DNA from: Calditrichia bacterium | GTDB lineage: Bacteria; Calditrichota; Calditrichia; JAJRVZ01 | DNA: 64,000 nucleotides | Assembly: GCA_963777955.1 (NCBI GenBank) | Contig: CAVZSQ010000015.1 | Coordinates: 256,001-320,000, forward strand | Direction: 5' to 3' | Part shown: one piece after another, positions 1-11,438 of the stretch | Layout of the letters: every line of letters begins with the position of its first letter | How positions within the stretch are numbered: the first letter of the stretch is position 1 | The notes under the pieces: generated by a model | Databases searched by the model: none | What the model saw: the letters and a program-made list of their open reading frames with translations, nothing else | Told to the model about the DNA's origin: nothing | Made by a program: the position numbers and the translations under genes

Positions 1-385
1 TTATTGAATTATTACCGATACTGCAGTCATGCGCGACATGCGAATAGGCCATTAATAGACAGTTACTGCCGATAACGGTTTTCCAGTGATCGGTGGTACC
101 GCGATTAAGGGTGGCATATTCTCTGACTGTGGTATTCTCGCCTATTTCCAGGATTGTTTTTTCACCTTTGAATTTCAGATCCTGAGGACGGGTGCCCAAC
201 ACCGCGCCATGATGAATTATACACCCTTTACCCAGACGGGTACCGGCTGCGAGCAGAACATGGGATCCAATTTTGCACCCGGATGCGATCCGGACATCAT
301 CTTCCACGACTGTAAAAGGCCCGATTTCTACCTGGTCGGCAATTTCTGCACCCGGATTTATGATTGCTGAAGTATGAATACTCAT
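1..385 (-). CDS. lpxA: Acyl-ACP--UDP-GlcNAc O-acyltransferase (runs off the window edge)
   Basis: Manual translation from ATG at 385: [24 protein letters not shown]...PQDLKFKGE...REYATLNRGT...LMAYSHVAHDC. Hexapeptide repeats; overlaps the lpxC-fabZ stop. Confidence 0.95.
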   Translation of the reverse strand, partial: MSIHTSAIINPGAEIADQVEIGPFTVVEDDVRIASGCKIGSHVLLAAGTRLGKGCIIHHGAVLGTRPQDLKFKGEKTILEIGENTTVREYATLNRGTTDHWKTVIGSNCLLMAYSHVAHDCSIGNNSI

Positions 386-1812
386 AGATTTACTCCTCCC
401 TGCCGGTCGATAATTGCGGCCATCATCTCGGCCTCACAGACCAATTCGCCTTTTACAAATGCCTTGCCGGCCATTTTGAAGGTAGCGCTGCGCGCTTTCA
501 GCATGGTCAGTTCCATTACCAACTGATCTCCTGGATACACCGCTTTGCGGAATCTTACCGCGTCCAGTCCCATGAACAGAACCAGTTTCGTTTCTATATC
601 TTCGCCGTCTTTAAGCAACAGGATGCCGCCGGTCTGGGCCATTGCTTCTACGATTAAAACTCCGGGCATTATAGGACGGCCCGGAAAATGGCCGGTAAAA
701 AATGGCTCGTTAAAACTGACATTTTTAATACCTACAATTCGTTTACCCGGTTCGAATTCAACCACGGTATCCACCAGTAAAAAAGGATAGCGATGGGGTA
801 AGATCTTTTGTACTGCCACGTTGTCGAAAATTATACCCTTTAGTGCTACGTCCCGGTATTTCTTGGTAAGTTTTTGTTTTTTATAAATTGCCCTGATCAT
901 CCGGGCAAATTCAATATTGCTCTGATGGCCCGGGCGGGCAGCCAGAATCTGGGCTTTAATGGGCGCACCGACCAGTGCCAGGTCGCCGATCAGGTCGAGT
1001 AGCTTATGACGGCATGGTTCATTTCTGAAGCGCAGGGGTTTATCGTTGAGAATACCCCCGCTGCTGCCGATTTGTACATCGGAAGTAATCGATAATTTAT
1101 TTTTCAGGTTTTTAACCTCAGCCTCACTCAATTCGCGGTCGACAATCACGATAGCGGTGTCCAGATCCCCGCCCTTGATCAAACCCTGGTTGATCAATCC
1201 TTCGACCTCATGCAGAAAGCAAAATGTACGCGAAGGAGCGAATTCGGTGATAAATTCCTTCTCCAGGGAAAACAGGCCGGTATGCTGACTGCCCAGGGCC
1301 GGATTTTTATAATCAATCATTACGGTAATCCGGTAGTCCTCCGTGGGCAAAGCGGCAAATTCAATTCCTCTTTTTTCATCACGGTAGGACAACGGTTCTT
1401 CTATCACCACAAAATTTCTGGTTTCATTCTGTTGTTCGATACCGGCTTCAATTAATTTATGCACGAAAGGCATGGAACTGCCGTCACCGATGGGCGGCTC
1501 ATTCGCGTTGATCTCAATGTGTATATTGTCTATCTGCAAACCGACAATGGCAGCCAGAACATGCTCGACGGTATGTACTTCCGCGCCGTTATTTGCAATT
1601 GTAGTTCCGCGTAAACTATCGACCGCGACGTTCTGCTTGACATTTTCGACCAGCGCCGGGATTTCCGGCTGATTGGGTAAGTCAACACGGAAAAAACGGA
1701 TGCCGTAATTTTCGGGGGCGGGCTTGAAGGTCAGGATCGTATCATTGCCGGTATGCAAACCGCGCCCGCGGTAAGAAATTGCTTTTTTTATTGTCTGTTG
1801 TTTTTCAATCAT
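382..1812 (-). CDS. lpxC-fabZ: Bifunctional LpxC deacetylase / FabZ dehydratase
   Basis: GLHTG, TVEH and HKLLDLIGD (LpxC), followed by [11 protein letters not shown] and [20 protein letters not shown] (FabZ). Confidence 0.97.
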   Translation of the reverse strand: MIEKQQTIKKAISYRGRGLHTGNDTILTFKPAPENYGIRFFRVDLPNQPEIPALVENVKQNVAVDSLRGTTIANNGAEVHTVEHVLAAIVGLQIDNIHIEINANEPPIGDGSSMPFVHKLIEAGIEQQNETRNFVVIEEPLSYRDEKRGIEFAALPTEDYRITVMIDYKNPALGSQHTGLFSLEKEFITEFAPSRTFCFLHEVEGLINQGLIKGGDLDTAIVIVDRELSEAEVKNLKNKLSITSDVQIGSSGGILNDKPLRFRNEPCRHKLLDLIGDLALVGAPIKAQILAARPGHQSNIEFARMIRAIYKKQKLTKKYRDVALKGIIFDNVAVQKILPHRYPFLLVDTVVEFEPGKRIVGIKNVSFNEPFFTGHFPGRPIMPGVLIVEAMAQTGGILLLKDGEDIETKLVLFMGLDAVRFRKAVYPGDQLVMELTMLKARSATFKMAGKAFVKGELVCEAEMMAAIIDRQGGVNL

Positions 1813-2852
1813 CTTTTTGATTTAATTTTTTTATTTTTTCTTCCAGATCGAATATTACCTTTTCCAGGGCATGCATCCGTTTAACCATTTCCGGTAAATT
1901 ATGTATGCACGCTTCAATTTTTTTCTGTCTCATCAGCGGATGAGCAGGATAGCCAAACCATACTTCTTTTGCCGGCACATCTTTGGATACACCGCTTTTA
2001 GCTGCCAGGATAGCGCCATCCCCGATTTTAATGTGCCCTACTACTCCAACCTGACCGGCTATAGTTACATTTTTACCGACTTTAGTGCTGCCGGATATAC
2101 CGCTTTGGGCAGCAATGGCCGTATTTTCTTCAATTACAACATTGTGAGCGATCTGAACCAGGTTATCAATCTTGCAACCAGTTTTAATTACAGTGGCGCC
2201 CATAGTAGCCCGGTCAATGGTACAATTTGAGCCGATTTCCACATCATTGCCTATCTGGACGATACCCAGTTGCGGGATTTTGACATAAGTATCTCCGCTC
2301 GGAGCAAAGCCAAAACCGTCACTGCCAATGACAGTACCATTATGGATGATAACCCCATCACCGATTTCACACCCTTCCCGTACTGTGACGTTAGGATAGA
2401 GAATCGAATCGCTGCCGATCTTCACACCATGTAAAATCACACAACCGGGATAAAGAACGGTATTCCTGCCTGAGCTCAACGTTTTCACCGATATAAACCA
2501 GAGGTGCAATGGTTACATTTTCACCCAGCTTGATATTGGCTGAGAGAATGGCTGAGGAGTGGATCCCGTTGAATTTTGGTTTTTCCCGTGGATAAATTTT
2601 ATTCAGAATGTTCAAAAATCCAACATACGGATCAGCAAGTTTAATATGCGGAATGGCAACTGCTGGCAGATTAAGCCCGATCAGGATCGCTGAAGCCTTG
2701 GTTGTTTCCAGATATTTCAAATATTTAGGATTAGAAAGAAAAGTAAGATCACCGGCCCTGGCTTCTTCGATCTTGGCCACTCCCTTGATAATCACATCAG
2801 GATCGCCGATCAATTCTCCGTTTAAGAATTGAGCAATCTCCTTTAAACGCAT
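1805..2852 (-). CDS. lpxD: UDP-3-O-acylglucosamine N-acyltransferase (apparent frameshift near 2472)
   Basis: ORF 2391..2852 gives the LpxD N-terminus ([11 protein letters not shown]). ORF 1805..2509 gives [10 protein letters not shown] and [12 protein letters not shown]. One indel joins them. Confidence 0.93.
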
Positions 2853-2858
2853 GTCGAA

Positions 2859-3404
2859 TTAGTTCTTTGGGGGTTTGGTTACTAAACCCTTGTTCAGTTC
2901 TTCCAGTACCTGGGTAGTCAGGTCATGTTTGGGTGCAGCATGCAATAGTGCACCAGAGGAAGCGTCGATAATAAAGTCGTATTCTTCCACCGAGCCGATT
3001 TTTTTGATTACGGCATTGATCTTATCGATAACCGGTTTGAAGAGTTCCTGGTTGCGTTTATAGAATTCACCCCCTTCAGGATTGAGTTTCTCGTATTTAT
3101 ATCTGTCGATTTCAGCCGCTTTTTCCTGCAATTGACGCATTTTTTCCTGCTTTTTTTCTTCACTCAACAGTAAACTCTGCGATTCGATTTCCTGGGCCAG
3201 GGCCTGGTACTCTTTTACCTTATTATCATACTCCGCCTGGTATTGATTACGTATCTCTTCCAGTTTATTCTGCGCATCAACGGCTTCCTGGTATTCCTGC
3301 AAGATCCTTTGCGAATCGACATATCCGAATTTGAGTTGGGCATTGCCGTTGGTTATCAGCAGACCGATAAAAATCATCATAAGTACAATAGTAAATTTCT
3401 TCAA
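2859..3404 (-). CDS. skp: OmpH/Skp periplasmic chaperone
   Basis: Signal peptide, KFGYVDSQRIL, coiled coil and DLTTQVL end; lies between bamA and lpxD. Confidence 0.92.
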   Translation of the reverse strand: MKKFTIVLMMIFIGLLITNGNAQLKFGYVDSQRILQEYQEAVDAQNKLEEIRNQYQAEYDNKVKEYQALAQEIESQSLLLSEEKKQEKMRQLQEKAAEIDRYKYEKLNPEGGEFYKRNQELFKPVIDKINAVIKKIGSVEEYDFIIDASSGALLHAAPKHDLTTQVLEELNKGLVTKPPKN

Positions 3405-3464
3405 GATTTCCTCCTCAGTTTCTAACCATTATTGTTAAGAGATAAGTTTAATCTAATAATATGT

Positions 3465-5792
3465 CTAAAATTTTCCAAATTGAAAATGAACCTTCCACTT
3501 GCCCTGGCGTGATCCGTCGGAATTGATGTAATCAAAACCATAACCAAAATCAATGCCGATAATACCGACCATGGGCATGAATAATCTGACACCGACACCG
3601 GCAGAACGCCGCAGTTTAAAGGGATCCGTTTCCCAGACATGTTCCCAGGCATTACCTGCTTCTGCAAAAAACAAACCGAATATAGTCGGGTTGGGCGCAA
3701 TCGGAAAACGCAGTTCCAGCGTATTTTTAACCAGTGCCCGGCCGCCGATCGGACTGCTGCTTGACGTCACGGGCCCGACCTGTCCATCATCATAGCCCCG
3801 TAAACTTTCGGCGTAACTGAGACCGCTGCCACCGAGGTAAAAGTACTCGCCGTACAATACCGCTGTATTGCGGCGAATTTTTTCCAGTACACCATACATG
3901 TTTTCCGAATACAACACAAAGCCCAGCGGCATGGGTACAAACCATTCCATGGAAAAGATGCTTTTCAGATAATCAGAATCTCCGCCCAGCGGTCCGCCGG
4001 AGAGTTGCATTGAGAGCGAGTGAACCGATCCCCGGGTTGGAAATTCAGCCTGGTCACGGCTGTCACGGGAGATAATCTGGGTAATACTCAACTGGCGTAC
4101 ATTGTTAAAACCAGACCCACCCATATATAGCGTTAACTCGGCATCGCTGATATTGCTGATCGTACTTTTTGAATAGCGCACGATCCAATCCCCGCGGAAA
4201 TAGTTGTCAGGCCAGTAAAAGCGGCGGCCAATGTGCACCGAACCGCCGATATCCCGGCGATCCCAGGGCCAGTACCCTCCACCGGTGCGGGTATTATAAA
4301 TCGAAAAACCTGCCAGAGTAGGGGTATTAAATAACCAGGGTTCGGTAAAACTGATTGAGACCGATCGATAAATAAGACCGAATTGCCAATCCAAAGCCAG
4401 GCGTTGCCCATCCCCGCTGGTAAATGGATGGGCGATTGAAAAATTGTTAAAAGAAAGACCTAAACTGCCGATGAAGCCATCGCGCTGACTGTACCCTGCC
4501 GACATATTGGCCATATCGGTGGATTTTTCTTCAACTTTGACTTCCAGGTTAACTTTCTTATTGTCATTTTCAATCAACAGCACATTCGGTATGGCATTCG
4601 AAAAATAGTTCAGTATCGTGATATCCCGGATAGAACGTTCCAGCCGTCCGCTGTTGAAGATATCTCCCGGCTGCAATTTAAACTCACGGCGGATAACCTT
4701 TTCATTGGTTTTAGTATTACCGATGATATTAATTTCATTCACGGTAACGACATTCCCTTCGGTAATATTAAAATTAACGTCCAGGGTATCTTTGCCGACG
4801 GGGGTTTCCATCGGCTGAATTTGAGCAAAAAGATATCCCTGATCGTAATACATTTTCTGCAACCGCTCGGTTATACCTTTATTATATTTTTTCTGATCGT
4901 AACTTTCCCCTTTTTTAATATCCAGGCTGAAGGCTAATTCTTCCTTGGTAAAAATCGTGCTGCCCGTGAAATTGATTGTACCGAAATAATATTTCTCACC
5001 TTCATAGATCCAGATATCGATGAACATATCCTGCTTATCAGCGCTGTAAGAAATCGAATCACGCAATATCTCGGCATCGCGATAACCGTTTTCACGACAG
5101 AATTCCAGTATCTTTTCCAAATCAGCGCTGTATTTTTTTTCATCAAAATCAGCCGAACGCCACCAGCGGTCTTCCTTGGTCTCTTCCATGGCTCCGCGCA
5201 GATCGTCTTCCTCCAGAGCGGTATTGCCGTGAAAACTGATCTTTTCGATCTGGACCTCTTTGCCCTCATTAATCTGTATACGCAGGTCTACGAAACCCGG
5301 ATCGGCACTGACGGTATCCACACTCACCGTGGCCAGCAAATATCCTTCCTTGCTGTACATTTTTTCCACGGCCTGGCGAACCTTGTATATTCTGTAATCA
5401 GATATTTTCATCCCCTTATACACGGCAATCTCTTTTTCGATATCGTCCTTATCAAGTTCGTCATTGCCTTTTATTTCGACCTTGCGCAGGCGGGGATATT
5501 CGGCAACCCGGATAATCAGGTCAAGACCGGCTGAAGTCTGATTGGATACCAGGATTTGAATATCGGAAAAAATACCGAGCGCCCATAAATTTTTAACGGC
5601 GCCCTGAATATCTTCGCCGCCGATTTCCTGCCCGGTCGTCAATCCGGAGTTCAGACGGACGGAACTTGCATCTGCGGTTTTATTTCCTTCCACCGCGATC
5701 GATGAAATTCTGATCTTATTCACCTGGGCCTGAGTCGAGCTCAGCAGTACAAGCGCGAGAATAATAATTTGCAGCCACTTAAACACTAGCAT
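3465..5792 (-). CDS. bamA: Outer membrane protein assembly factor BamA
   Basis: Five POTRA-like repeats (e.g. IIGNTKTNEKVIRREF), LRGY loop-6 motif, C-terminal Phe. Confidence 0.95.
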   Translation of the reverse strand: MLVFKWLQIIILALVLLSSTQAQVNKIRISSIAVEGNKTADASSVRLNSGLTTGQEIGGEDIQGAVKNLWALGIFSDIQILVSNQTSAGLDLIIRVAEYPRLRKVEIKGNDELDKDDIEKEIAVYKGMKISDYRIYKVRQAVEKMYSKEGYLLATVSVDTVSADPGFVDLRIQINEGKEVQIEKISFHGNTALEEDDLRGAMEETKEDRWWRSADFDEKKYSADLEKILEFCRENGYRDAEILRDSISYSADKQDMFIDIWIYEGEKYYFGTINFTGSTIFTKEELAFSLDIKKGESYDQKKYNKGITERLQKMYYDQGYLFAQIQPMETPVGKDTLDVNFNITEGNVVTVNEINIIGNTKTNEKVIRREFKLQPGDIFNSGRLERSIRDITILNYFSNAIPNVLLIENDNKKVNLEVKVEEKSTDMANMSAGYSQRDGFIGSLGLSFNNFSIAHPFTSGDGQRLALDWQFGLIYRSVSISFTEPWLFNTPTLAGFSIYNTRTGGGYWPWDRRDIGGSVHIGRRFYWPDNYFRGDWIVRYSKSTISNISDAELTLYMGGSGFNNVRQLSITQIISRDSRDQAEFPTRGSVHSLSMQLSGGPLGGDSDYLKSIFSMEWFVPMPLGFVLYSENMYGVLEKIRRNTAVLYGEYFYLGGSGLSYAESLRGYDDGQVGPVTSSSSPIGGRALVKNTLELRFPIAPNPTIFGLFFAEAGNAWEHVWETDPFKLRRSAGVGVRLFMPMVGIIGIDFGYGFDYINSDGSRQGKWKVHFQFGKF

Positions 5793-5800
5793 CTCCTGAA

Positions 5801-8800
5801 TTAAAATGAAAAAGAATGACGCAGCCTGACTTTAAAGTCTTCCAGATACGGTTTCTCCATATACAACGGAGTATAGAATAAAGTTTCCCGATCATATTCA
5901 AATTCCAGTAGCAGGTTATTAAAAAAACGGTACTCGACTCCGAATGAATGATTGAAACTGAAATCATTTTGATTGGGATTAGCATTGGCAATTATCTGCC
6001 CGGTATATGTTACATAAATATTTTTGGCTAAATATTTTCCCAGGGTCAATTCCGAACTTTCCAATAAAATCATATAGGGAGAAAAAGTATCCTGGTAACG
6101 GAAATTGTTACTCAGCATGGTTGGTCCATACCACTGGCTCAAACCGACCTGGAAAATATTTTTGGCGATTCTGGAATTAAAACGTACAAAATCAAATCCA
6201 AGGTAATTTTCCAACCTCCTCTCCAGGGGACGAAGCAATGGCCGGATCACATAATTTTCCGTAACCGCGCCACCGACGGTGGTCGCTTTTTCTTTTATTT
6301 TATCTACTGAATAACCCAGATAGGACAGAACCTGCTCCTGTGTTTCTCCTATGGTCGGATCTGTGCTGATCAGCCGGAAGCGGAAATCTTCCCAACGCGA
6401 CCGGTAATTAGATTGACCGGTTTCCTTATCCACGGCATACAATTCCAGGTAGATCGTTTTCGGTATGGCTTCCACTGAATCGCGGATGCTGGTCCAGGCC
6501 CGGCCATAAACTTCCGGTAACCCGTCCGTACGGTCAAATGAGACGCCGTAACTTTCTACCCTGAAGTTCAGATCCAGATACTCCAGAGTGCCCCGTGAAG
6601 AAAATGCCTTGCCGGAGGGTGAAAAAGTATTATCTGCAATTATTCCCGTAAAAGAAATACCATCACTGGCAGGATCAACAACGATTTCGGCCTTGACATC
6701 GCCGATGAAGGCAGGAATGGTCCGGACATATACCAGATCCACACCCGGATTGACTTTTACATCCCAGTTAATATTTTTTAAAAACTGTACAACCACATCC
6801 GGTTCAGTCGAATTGCTGCTCGGAAAAGGAAAACTGAAACGGGAATTGGCAAATATTACTTTTCCCCGGGCAAAGGGGTGACGGACCGGTCCGGCAAAAT
6901 AGAATGTTTCATGCTCAGTTTTCCCGGATAATTCCAGGTCGCCCTGCTCCCCTTCCACCATCAAGCCGGGAATTTGCAGGCGCACGCCGCCCGCAGAAGT
7001 TGCCAGAGCTAAAATACCAAAATCAAGATCAAGGTCTTTGAAATACCAGGATTCCAGTTTTTTCCCGTCGCTGCTAACGATATTCTCTACAGTATTGATC
7101 TCCAGCGCTCTATTGTTTACCTCGGCATGTAAATTTTTAAAAATAACTTTATTGGTCCCGGCGGGTTTTTCTATAATTCCTTTGATATTCTGTACATGAC
7201 CGGCTACCGCAGCTAACCATAATTCACCGCGATCCAGTTCAATCTTGCCCTGTTCAATTTTTGGATTAGCCGGAGTGCCGCCGATCAGCAAGTTCATATT
7301 GCAAAAAGAAGCACCCTCGACAAAAAACCGGTCGAGTCTGGGCACGAAAGATAGAAGATCGCCGTTAAACTTGACATCCAGATTGAGCGGTCCATTTTCG
7401 GAAAATGGCAGAACGCCGCGGCTCTCGATATGATACAAGCCTCTTTTTATCGCTAAAAAATTTTCTAAAACCAGGGCATGATTTTTCAGGGTTGCATAAT
7501 CAAGAGCAACTATCATCGAATCATGGGCGTTAAGGGAAATCTGATCGAAGGGGATATCGTATACCTTGCCGTTACTGATGTTGATCTGCATTTGAGTCTC
7601 AGGCAGGTTTACCCGTCCATTCATACGAATATTATAATCAGTGCTCCCGCTAAAGACCCCGGAGCGATTGTACAGGGTCTGGGTAATATCCTCGAAATTT
7701 ACCTGCGCACCGGACATCTCCAGACGAATGCTGTCCTGACGCAGATCCAGAGCCAGATTTCCTTTCAGGGCTGGTACATTATTGAGATACACCTGGAGAG
7801 TATCTACCTGGACCAGGGCCGAATCTGCCGTCATGGCCAGATTAAAACTGTAATACCCGATATTATGTATCAAAAACCGGTCGCCGCTGACCAGAGCAGC
7901 AACCCTGGGATTGTCCGGGGTTCCGCTGATTCTTATTGATCCGGTAATTGTACCCAGCTCAGTTGTGCTGTCCTTTACAAAGAAATTATTCAAATTAAAT
8001 TGATTGAAATTGATCAGAGAATTCAGCGTTTGTCCGGCTGTAACATCAAGATTGACTTCTACCATTAAATCTGTGCTGGAATACAGCGAACCGCTGAGTC
8101 GATCCTCCTTGAGCGTCAGGGCATATTTACTGGAAAAATTATGCACCGAAATACTTCCGCTTAATCGTTTTTCAAACCTGAACAGATCACTTAACTGGCC
8201 GGCCAGAATGAATTGCTCATCAGGTTGGTCCTGATCCTGGATGGTCAATTGCATATTCATATTGTTCAGGGGGCCGTTGACCAGACCTTCTATCTGTCTG
8301 TTGTCGAAGACCCGTCTGATAAAGGCCGAAGTAGTTAATTGCTGCAGGGGTGGATTTTCAATTAATCCATAGTTAATTAACGGTTCATTAAAAATATCAA
8401 CTATATCGATCGAGAAAGAAAAATTTTCTGATGCTGATTTATTTTTAAGTAAATGGAAATGACCTTCCGCAAGTTTAATATCTCCCCAAAAATTGAATAG
8501 AGTATCCGCGGGAGAAAGAATTTCGTATTGCCAGGTACCGCTTAACTGTTTTTCTCTGAGTGCCCCCAGCAAATGGAGGTCAATCTGTTGAATTTTGTCG
8601 CTTAGCCGGTCGAATAATAAATGCTGGCCGAATTTTCTGGTGCCCCTCAGGGCAATATGATAGGTACTGGCAGGAAGGTCGATCTGGCCGGAAGCATTGA
8701 CCCGAAAATCAAGATAGCGGGCCGAAAACTTATCAATCAGAAGAGAATCCTGAAAAAGATGCAAATCAGCCTGCAGATCCTGTATTTTTTGTGAACAGAC

Positions 8801-9952
8801 TACAACATCGGCTGCCTGAATATTGATCGCACTTTCCAGTTTCCCGGCCTGCCATTGAAATCGGGAGGATAAGGCGAGTACCCCCTGGTTGTCTCCGGTA
8901 AATTGCATCCGGCTGCTGAGGGTTTTAACGTCTAATTGCTTGCTCCACAATTCACCCGATAAATCGTATTTAAAAATATCAGGCACCCGGATCTGAAATG
9001 ATACTTCATCATTTTCAATTTTAAAAGATCCTGCCGGTACCTGTATTTCGTTGTCGAGTAAGGAGGCCCGGGCGGTGATATTCTGGACATACCATCCTGC
9101 CAGTTCAATTTCACCATTATTAATTTCCAGGGGACCATTGCACAGCACATTCTCCAAATCTGGTGAAAAGAGGTGAATTTTGCCGTTAATCAGCCCCTGC
9201 CTGATATTAATTTTATTGGCTGCCAGCCAATTGGCTGCCAGCCAGGATAAGTTTTTAAAATCAAAATTATGAATCAGCAGGTCCGCGCTGATCTGTTGTT
9301 TGTACTTGTTAAAATGGGCCAGTATGGAAAAATTCTGCTGAGTGCCAGAGAGTAATCCGCCGGCGGCTTCGATATCGAAAGAATCAGCAGTGGCAGTACC
9401 CAACCAGCCGTCAAGATTCTGTCCCAGAATCAGATTTTCATTATTGAGATTCGCCAGAATAATTTTGCCATTATTCAGATTGATCCGGTCGACATTGTCA
9501 AAATGGTCTAAGAACTGTACCAGAGAAAAACCGGATGTGTCATTTGAGCTGACCGCTGCCGAATCGCCGCCGGCTGCGGATCTGATTGTCATTACAGGAT
9601 CAATTAATGAGATTTTGGTTATGGCCCGTTGCGGCTGATCTATATGCAGCAACAGACTAAAGATATCATAACTGAAACTCAGACCTTGTGCTGAAAACCG
9701 GATTTTCCCTGTCTGATTAGTCAGGGTCAAATCTCCCAACACCACGTCCCTGAGTCCGAAATGGACCTGATTCACGCTGATTTTTTGTTTACCATTCTCC
9801 TCCATTTTCGCCAGAACATATTTAATCAACGGTTTATCGATCCCCAAAAAACTGATAATACTCGGAGCAAAAAGTATGAAGAGTGCAATCAGTATAACTG
9901 GCAACAATATTGTAAATAGTATCTTACGCATACGTCCTGATTTAGATGTCAC
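5801..9952 (-). CDS. TamB/AsmA-like large beta-taco protein
   Basis: N-terminal TM anchor, long beta-rich body, GTPDNP-type repeats, C-terminal GKYLAKNIYVTY; adjacent to bamA. Confidence 0.7.
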   Translation of the reverse strand: MTSKSGRMRKILFTILLPVILIALFILFAPSIISFLGIDKPLIKYVLAKMEENGKQKISVNQVHFGLRDVVLGDLTLTNQTGKIRFSAQGLSFSYDIFSLLLHIDQPQRAITKISLIDPVMTIRSAAGGDSAAVSSNDTSGFSLVQFLDHFDNVDRINLNNGKIILANLNNENLILGQNLDGWLGTATADSFDIEAAGGLLSGTQQNFSILAHFNKYKQQISADLLIHNFDFKNLSWLAANWLAANKINIRQGLINGKIHLFSPDLENVLCNGPLEINNGEIELAGWYVQNITARASLLDNEIQVPAGSFKIENDEVSFQIRVPDIFKYDLSGELWSKQLDVKTLSSRMQFTGDNQGVLALSSRFQWQAGKLESAINIQAADVVVCSQKIQDLQADLHLFQDSLLIDKFSARYLDFRVNASGQIDLPASTYHIALRGTRKFGQHLLFDRLSDKIQQIDLHLLGALREKQLSGTWQYEILSPADTLFNFWGDIKLAEGHFHLLKNKSASENFSFSIDIVDIFNEPLINYGLIENPPLQQLTTSAFIRRVFDNRQIEGLVNGPLNNMNMQLTIQDQDQPDEQFILAGQLSDLFRFEKRLSGSISVHNFSSKYALTLKEDRLSGSLYSSTDLMVEVNLDVTAGQTLNSLINFNQFNLNNFFVKDSTTELGTITGSIRISGTPDNPRVAALVSGDRFLIHNIGYYSFNLAMTADSALVQVDTLQVYLNNVPALKGNLALDLRQDSIRLEMSGAQVNFEDITQTLYNRSGVFSGSTDYNIRMNGRVNLPETQMQINISNGKVYDIPFDQISLNAHDSMIVALDYATLKNHALVLENFLAIKRGLYHIESRGVLPFSENGPLNLDVKFNGDLLSFVPRLDRFFVEGASFCNMNLLIGGTPANPKIEQGKIELDRGELWLAAVAGHVQNIKGIIEKPAGTNKVIFKNLHAEVNNRALEINTVENIVSSDGKKLESWYFKDLDLDFGILALATSAGGVRLQIPGLMVEGEQGDLELSGKTEHETFYFAGPVRHPFARGKVIFANSRFSFPFPSSNSTEPDVVVQFLKNINWDVKVNPGVDLVYVRTIPAFIGDVKAEIVVDPASDGISFTGIIADNTFSPSGKAFSSRGTLEYLDLNFRVESYGVSFDRTDGLPEVYGRAWTSIRDSVEAIPKTIYLELYAVDKETGQSNYRSRWEDFRFRLISTDPTIGETQEQVLSYLGYSVDKIKEKATTVGGAVTENYVIRPLLRPLERRLENYLGFDFVRFNSRIAKNIFQVGLSQWYGPTMLSNNFRYQDTFSPYMILLESSELTLGKYLAKNIYVTYTGQIIANANPNQNDFSFNHSFGVEYRFFNNLLLEFEYDRETLFYTPLYMEKPYLEDFKVRLRHSFSF

Positions 9953-10054
9953 CTAAACAAACCCCTGAGCCGCAATATTGTTCCGCCAATTAGTTATAAA
10001 TAAGCACGTAAATTTAATAAAAATATATAGAAATGTCAATTATTGACAGGATAG

Positions 10055-11332
10055 TTAAAGCGGATTTGTAACACCTAAAAGTTGTGAGATTGTCAGAAAT
10101 TGATAATTTTTTCTTTGCAGCTGGTCAATAAATTTTACCAGGGCCGGATAGATAAAATCAGATTTACGCTCGGTGCCGAGATGTAATAAAATAATAGCGC
10201 CTCTTAATTTGCCGGCCTGCTCCAGACTCATCCAGTGCTGATATAGTTGTTCCGGTTTGAGATATAGTTCATCCTGCGGATCGGCGACCCAATCGCGGCT
10301 GTCACATTCGGCCGTCCAACCAATATGCCGGTAGCCGATTTCGGCAGCCCATTGCAATATCGCCGTATTAAATTCGCCATAGGGTGCCCGCCAGAATGGC
10401 TTCAGGTGCTGATTCAGCAGCAGATAAAAAAGACTGTCAGTCAGCTGTAATTGTTGCTGTACGAACGGACGATCGACATTTACGGCAGTGGTATGGCGGC
10501 GATCCTGTTCCCAGTTTGTCAGGTGCGGATGATTGTAAGTATGATTGGATAATTCGTGTCCCAGACCGGCCAGTTTTTTCACAATTTCCGGATAGGATTT
10601 GATGAAATCGCCGGTAAGGAAAAAGGTACTGCGCACCTTGCCGTTTTCCAGGACCCGCATAATACTGTCCGCACCGTTTGCCGTTGACCCGGCATCAAAA
10701 GTCAGCGCCAGGTAATTCTGCTCCGTGATAAATTTATCAACCGGCAGTGTCAGCAAGGCCAGGCGCGCAGAGAAATAGTTTATATAGATCGAGTCTACTT
10801 TATATACCCTGCCCTGATCTGAAAAAGCCCAGATCACAAATTCGTTCGAACCGGGATACAAATACTGTGTCTGAAAAATATAACGCCGGGTATAACTGAT
10901 TGTACTGCTGACGAACTGGCCGTTGTGCCAGAGACCGAGAATGGTGTTTGCCGGTGCACTGCCGCGTATTTGCAGCATATTGGGTTGGGGACTGAATGAC
11001 GTATCTACAGAGACAGCGCTGAATTGCCCGATATCGGCTGGCCGTACTTCCGTTCTGCCGGGATCCTGCCTGCTGAGCAGCTGTTTTAATGAAAAATACA
11101 GCACAACCTGCAGAGCCAGCACTATGACCAGCATATAAAGAAATTCGGGTCTGAGTACAATTTTCGCAAGATAGACGGATCCAATGTAACGGTAAACACA
11201 CCATCTGCTGCAGAATATATGATGCCAGGCTGCCTGTTGACACTCAGTGCAAATATAAGCGCGGCAATAATAACATTTACGCGGGGACAATTTCTGTGGA
11301 TGATTTTTACAGGGGGACCTGGGATTAGTCAT
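10055..11332 (-). CDS. Polysaccharide deacetylase (NodB/CE4) with N-terminal Cys/His zinc-finger-like segment and TM helix
   Basis: TFDAG, HTYNH, RAPYG, DSRDW and LLH motifs; N-terminal CKNH...CYYC...CTEC...CSRWC. Confidence 0.85.
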   Translation of the reverse strand: MTNPRSPCKNHPQKLSPRKCYYCRAYICTECQQAAWHHIFCSRWCVYRYIGSVYLAKIVLRPEFLYMLVIVLALQVVLYFSLKQLLSRQDPGRTEVRPADIGQFSAVSVDTSFSPQPNMLQIRGSAPANTILGLWHNGQFVSSTISYTRRYIFQTQYLYPGSNEFVIWAFSDQGRVYKVDSIYINYFSARLALLTLPVDKFITEQNYLALTFDAGSTANGADSIMRVLENGKVRSTFFLTGDFIKSYPEIVKKLAGLGHELSNHTYNHPHLTNWEQDRRHTTAVNVDRPFVQQQLQLTDSLFYLLLNQHLKPFWRAPYGEFNTAILQWAAEIGYRHIGWTAECDSRDWVADPQDELYLKPEQLYQHWMSLEQAGKLRGAIILLHLGTERKSDFIYPALVKFIDQLQRKNYQFLTISQLLGVTNPL

Positions 11333-11438
11333 TATTACTGATTATCTTGGAAAGCCGGGATAACTTTTCCGGATATTTTGCGTTACATTTATTATGATCT
11401 TTAATTATATTTTACTAATATATTCCTGATTCAAAAAT

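Noticed and set aside
86..370. Short opposite-strand ORFs in the track (e.g. 86..370, 21473..22156, 28570..29061, 50924..51499, 61406..61714)
   Set aside because: They are antisense shadows of well-supported genes (lpxA, punA, polA, the kinase, rpmG) with no recognisable motifs.
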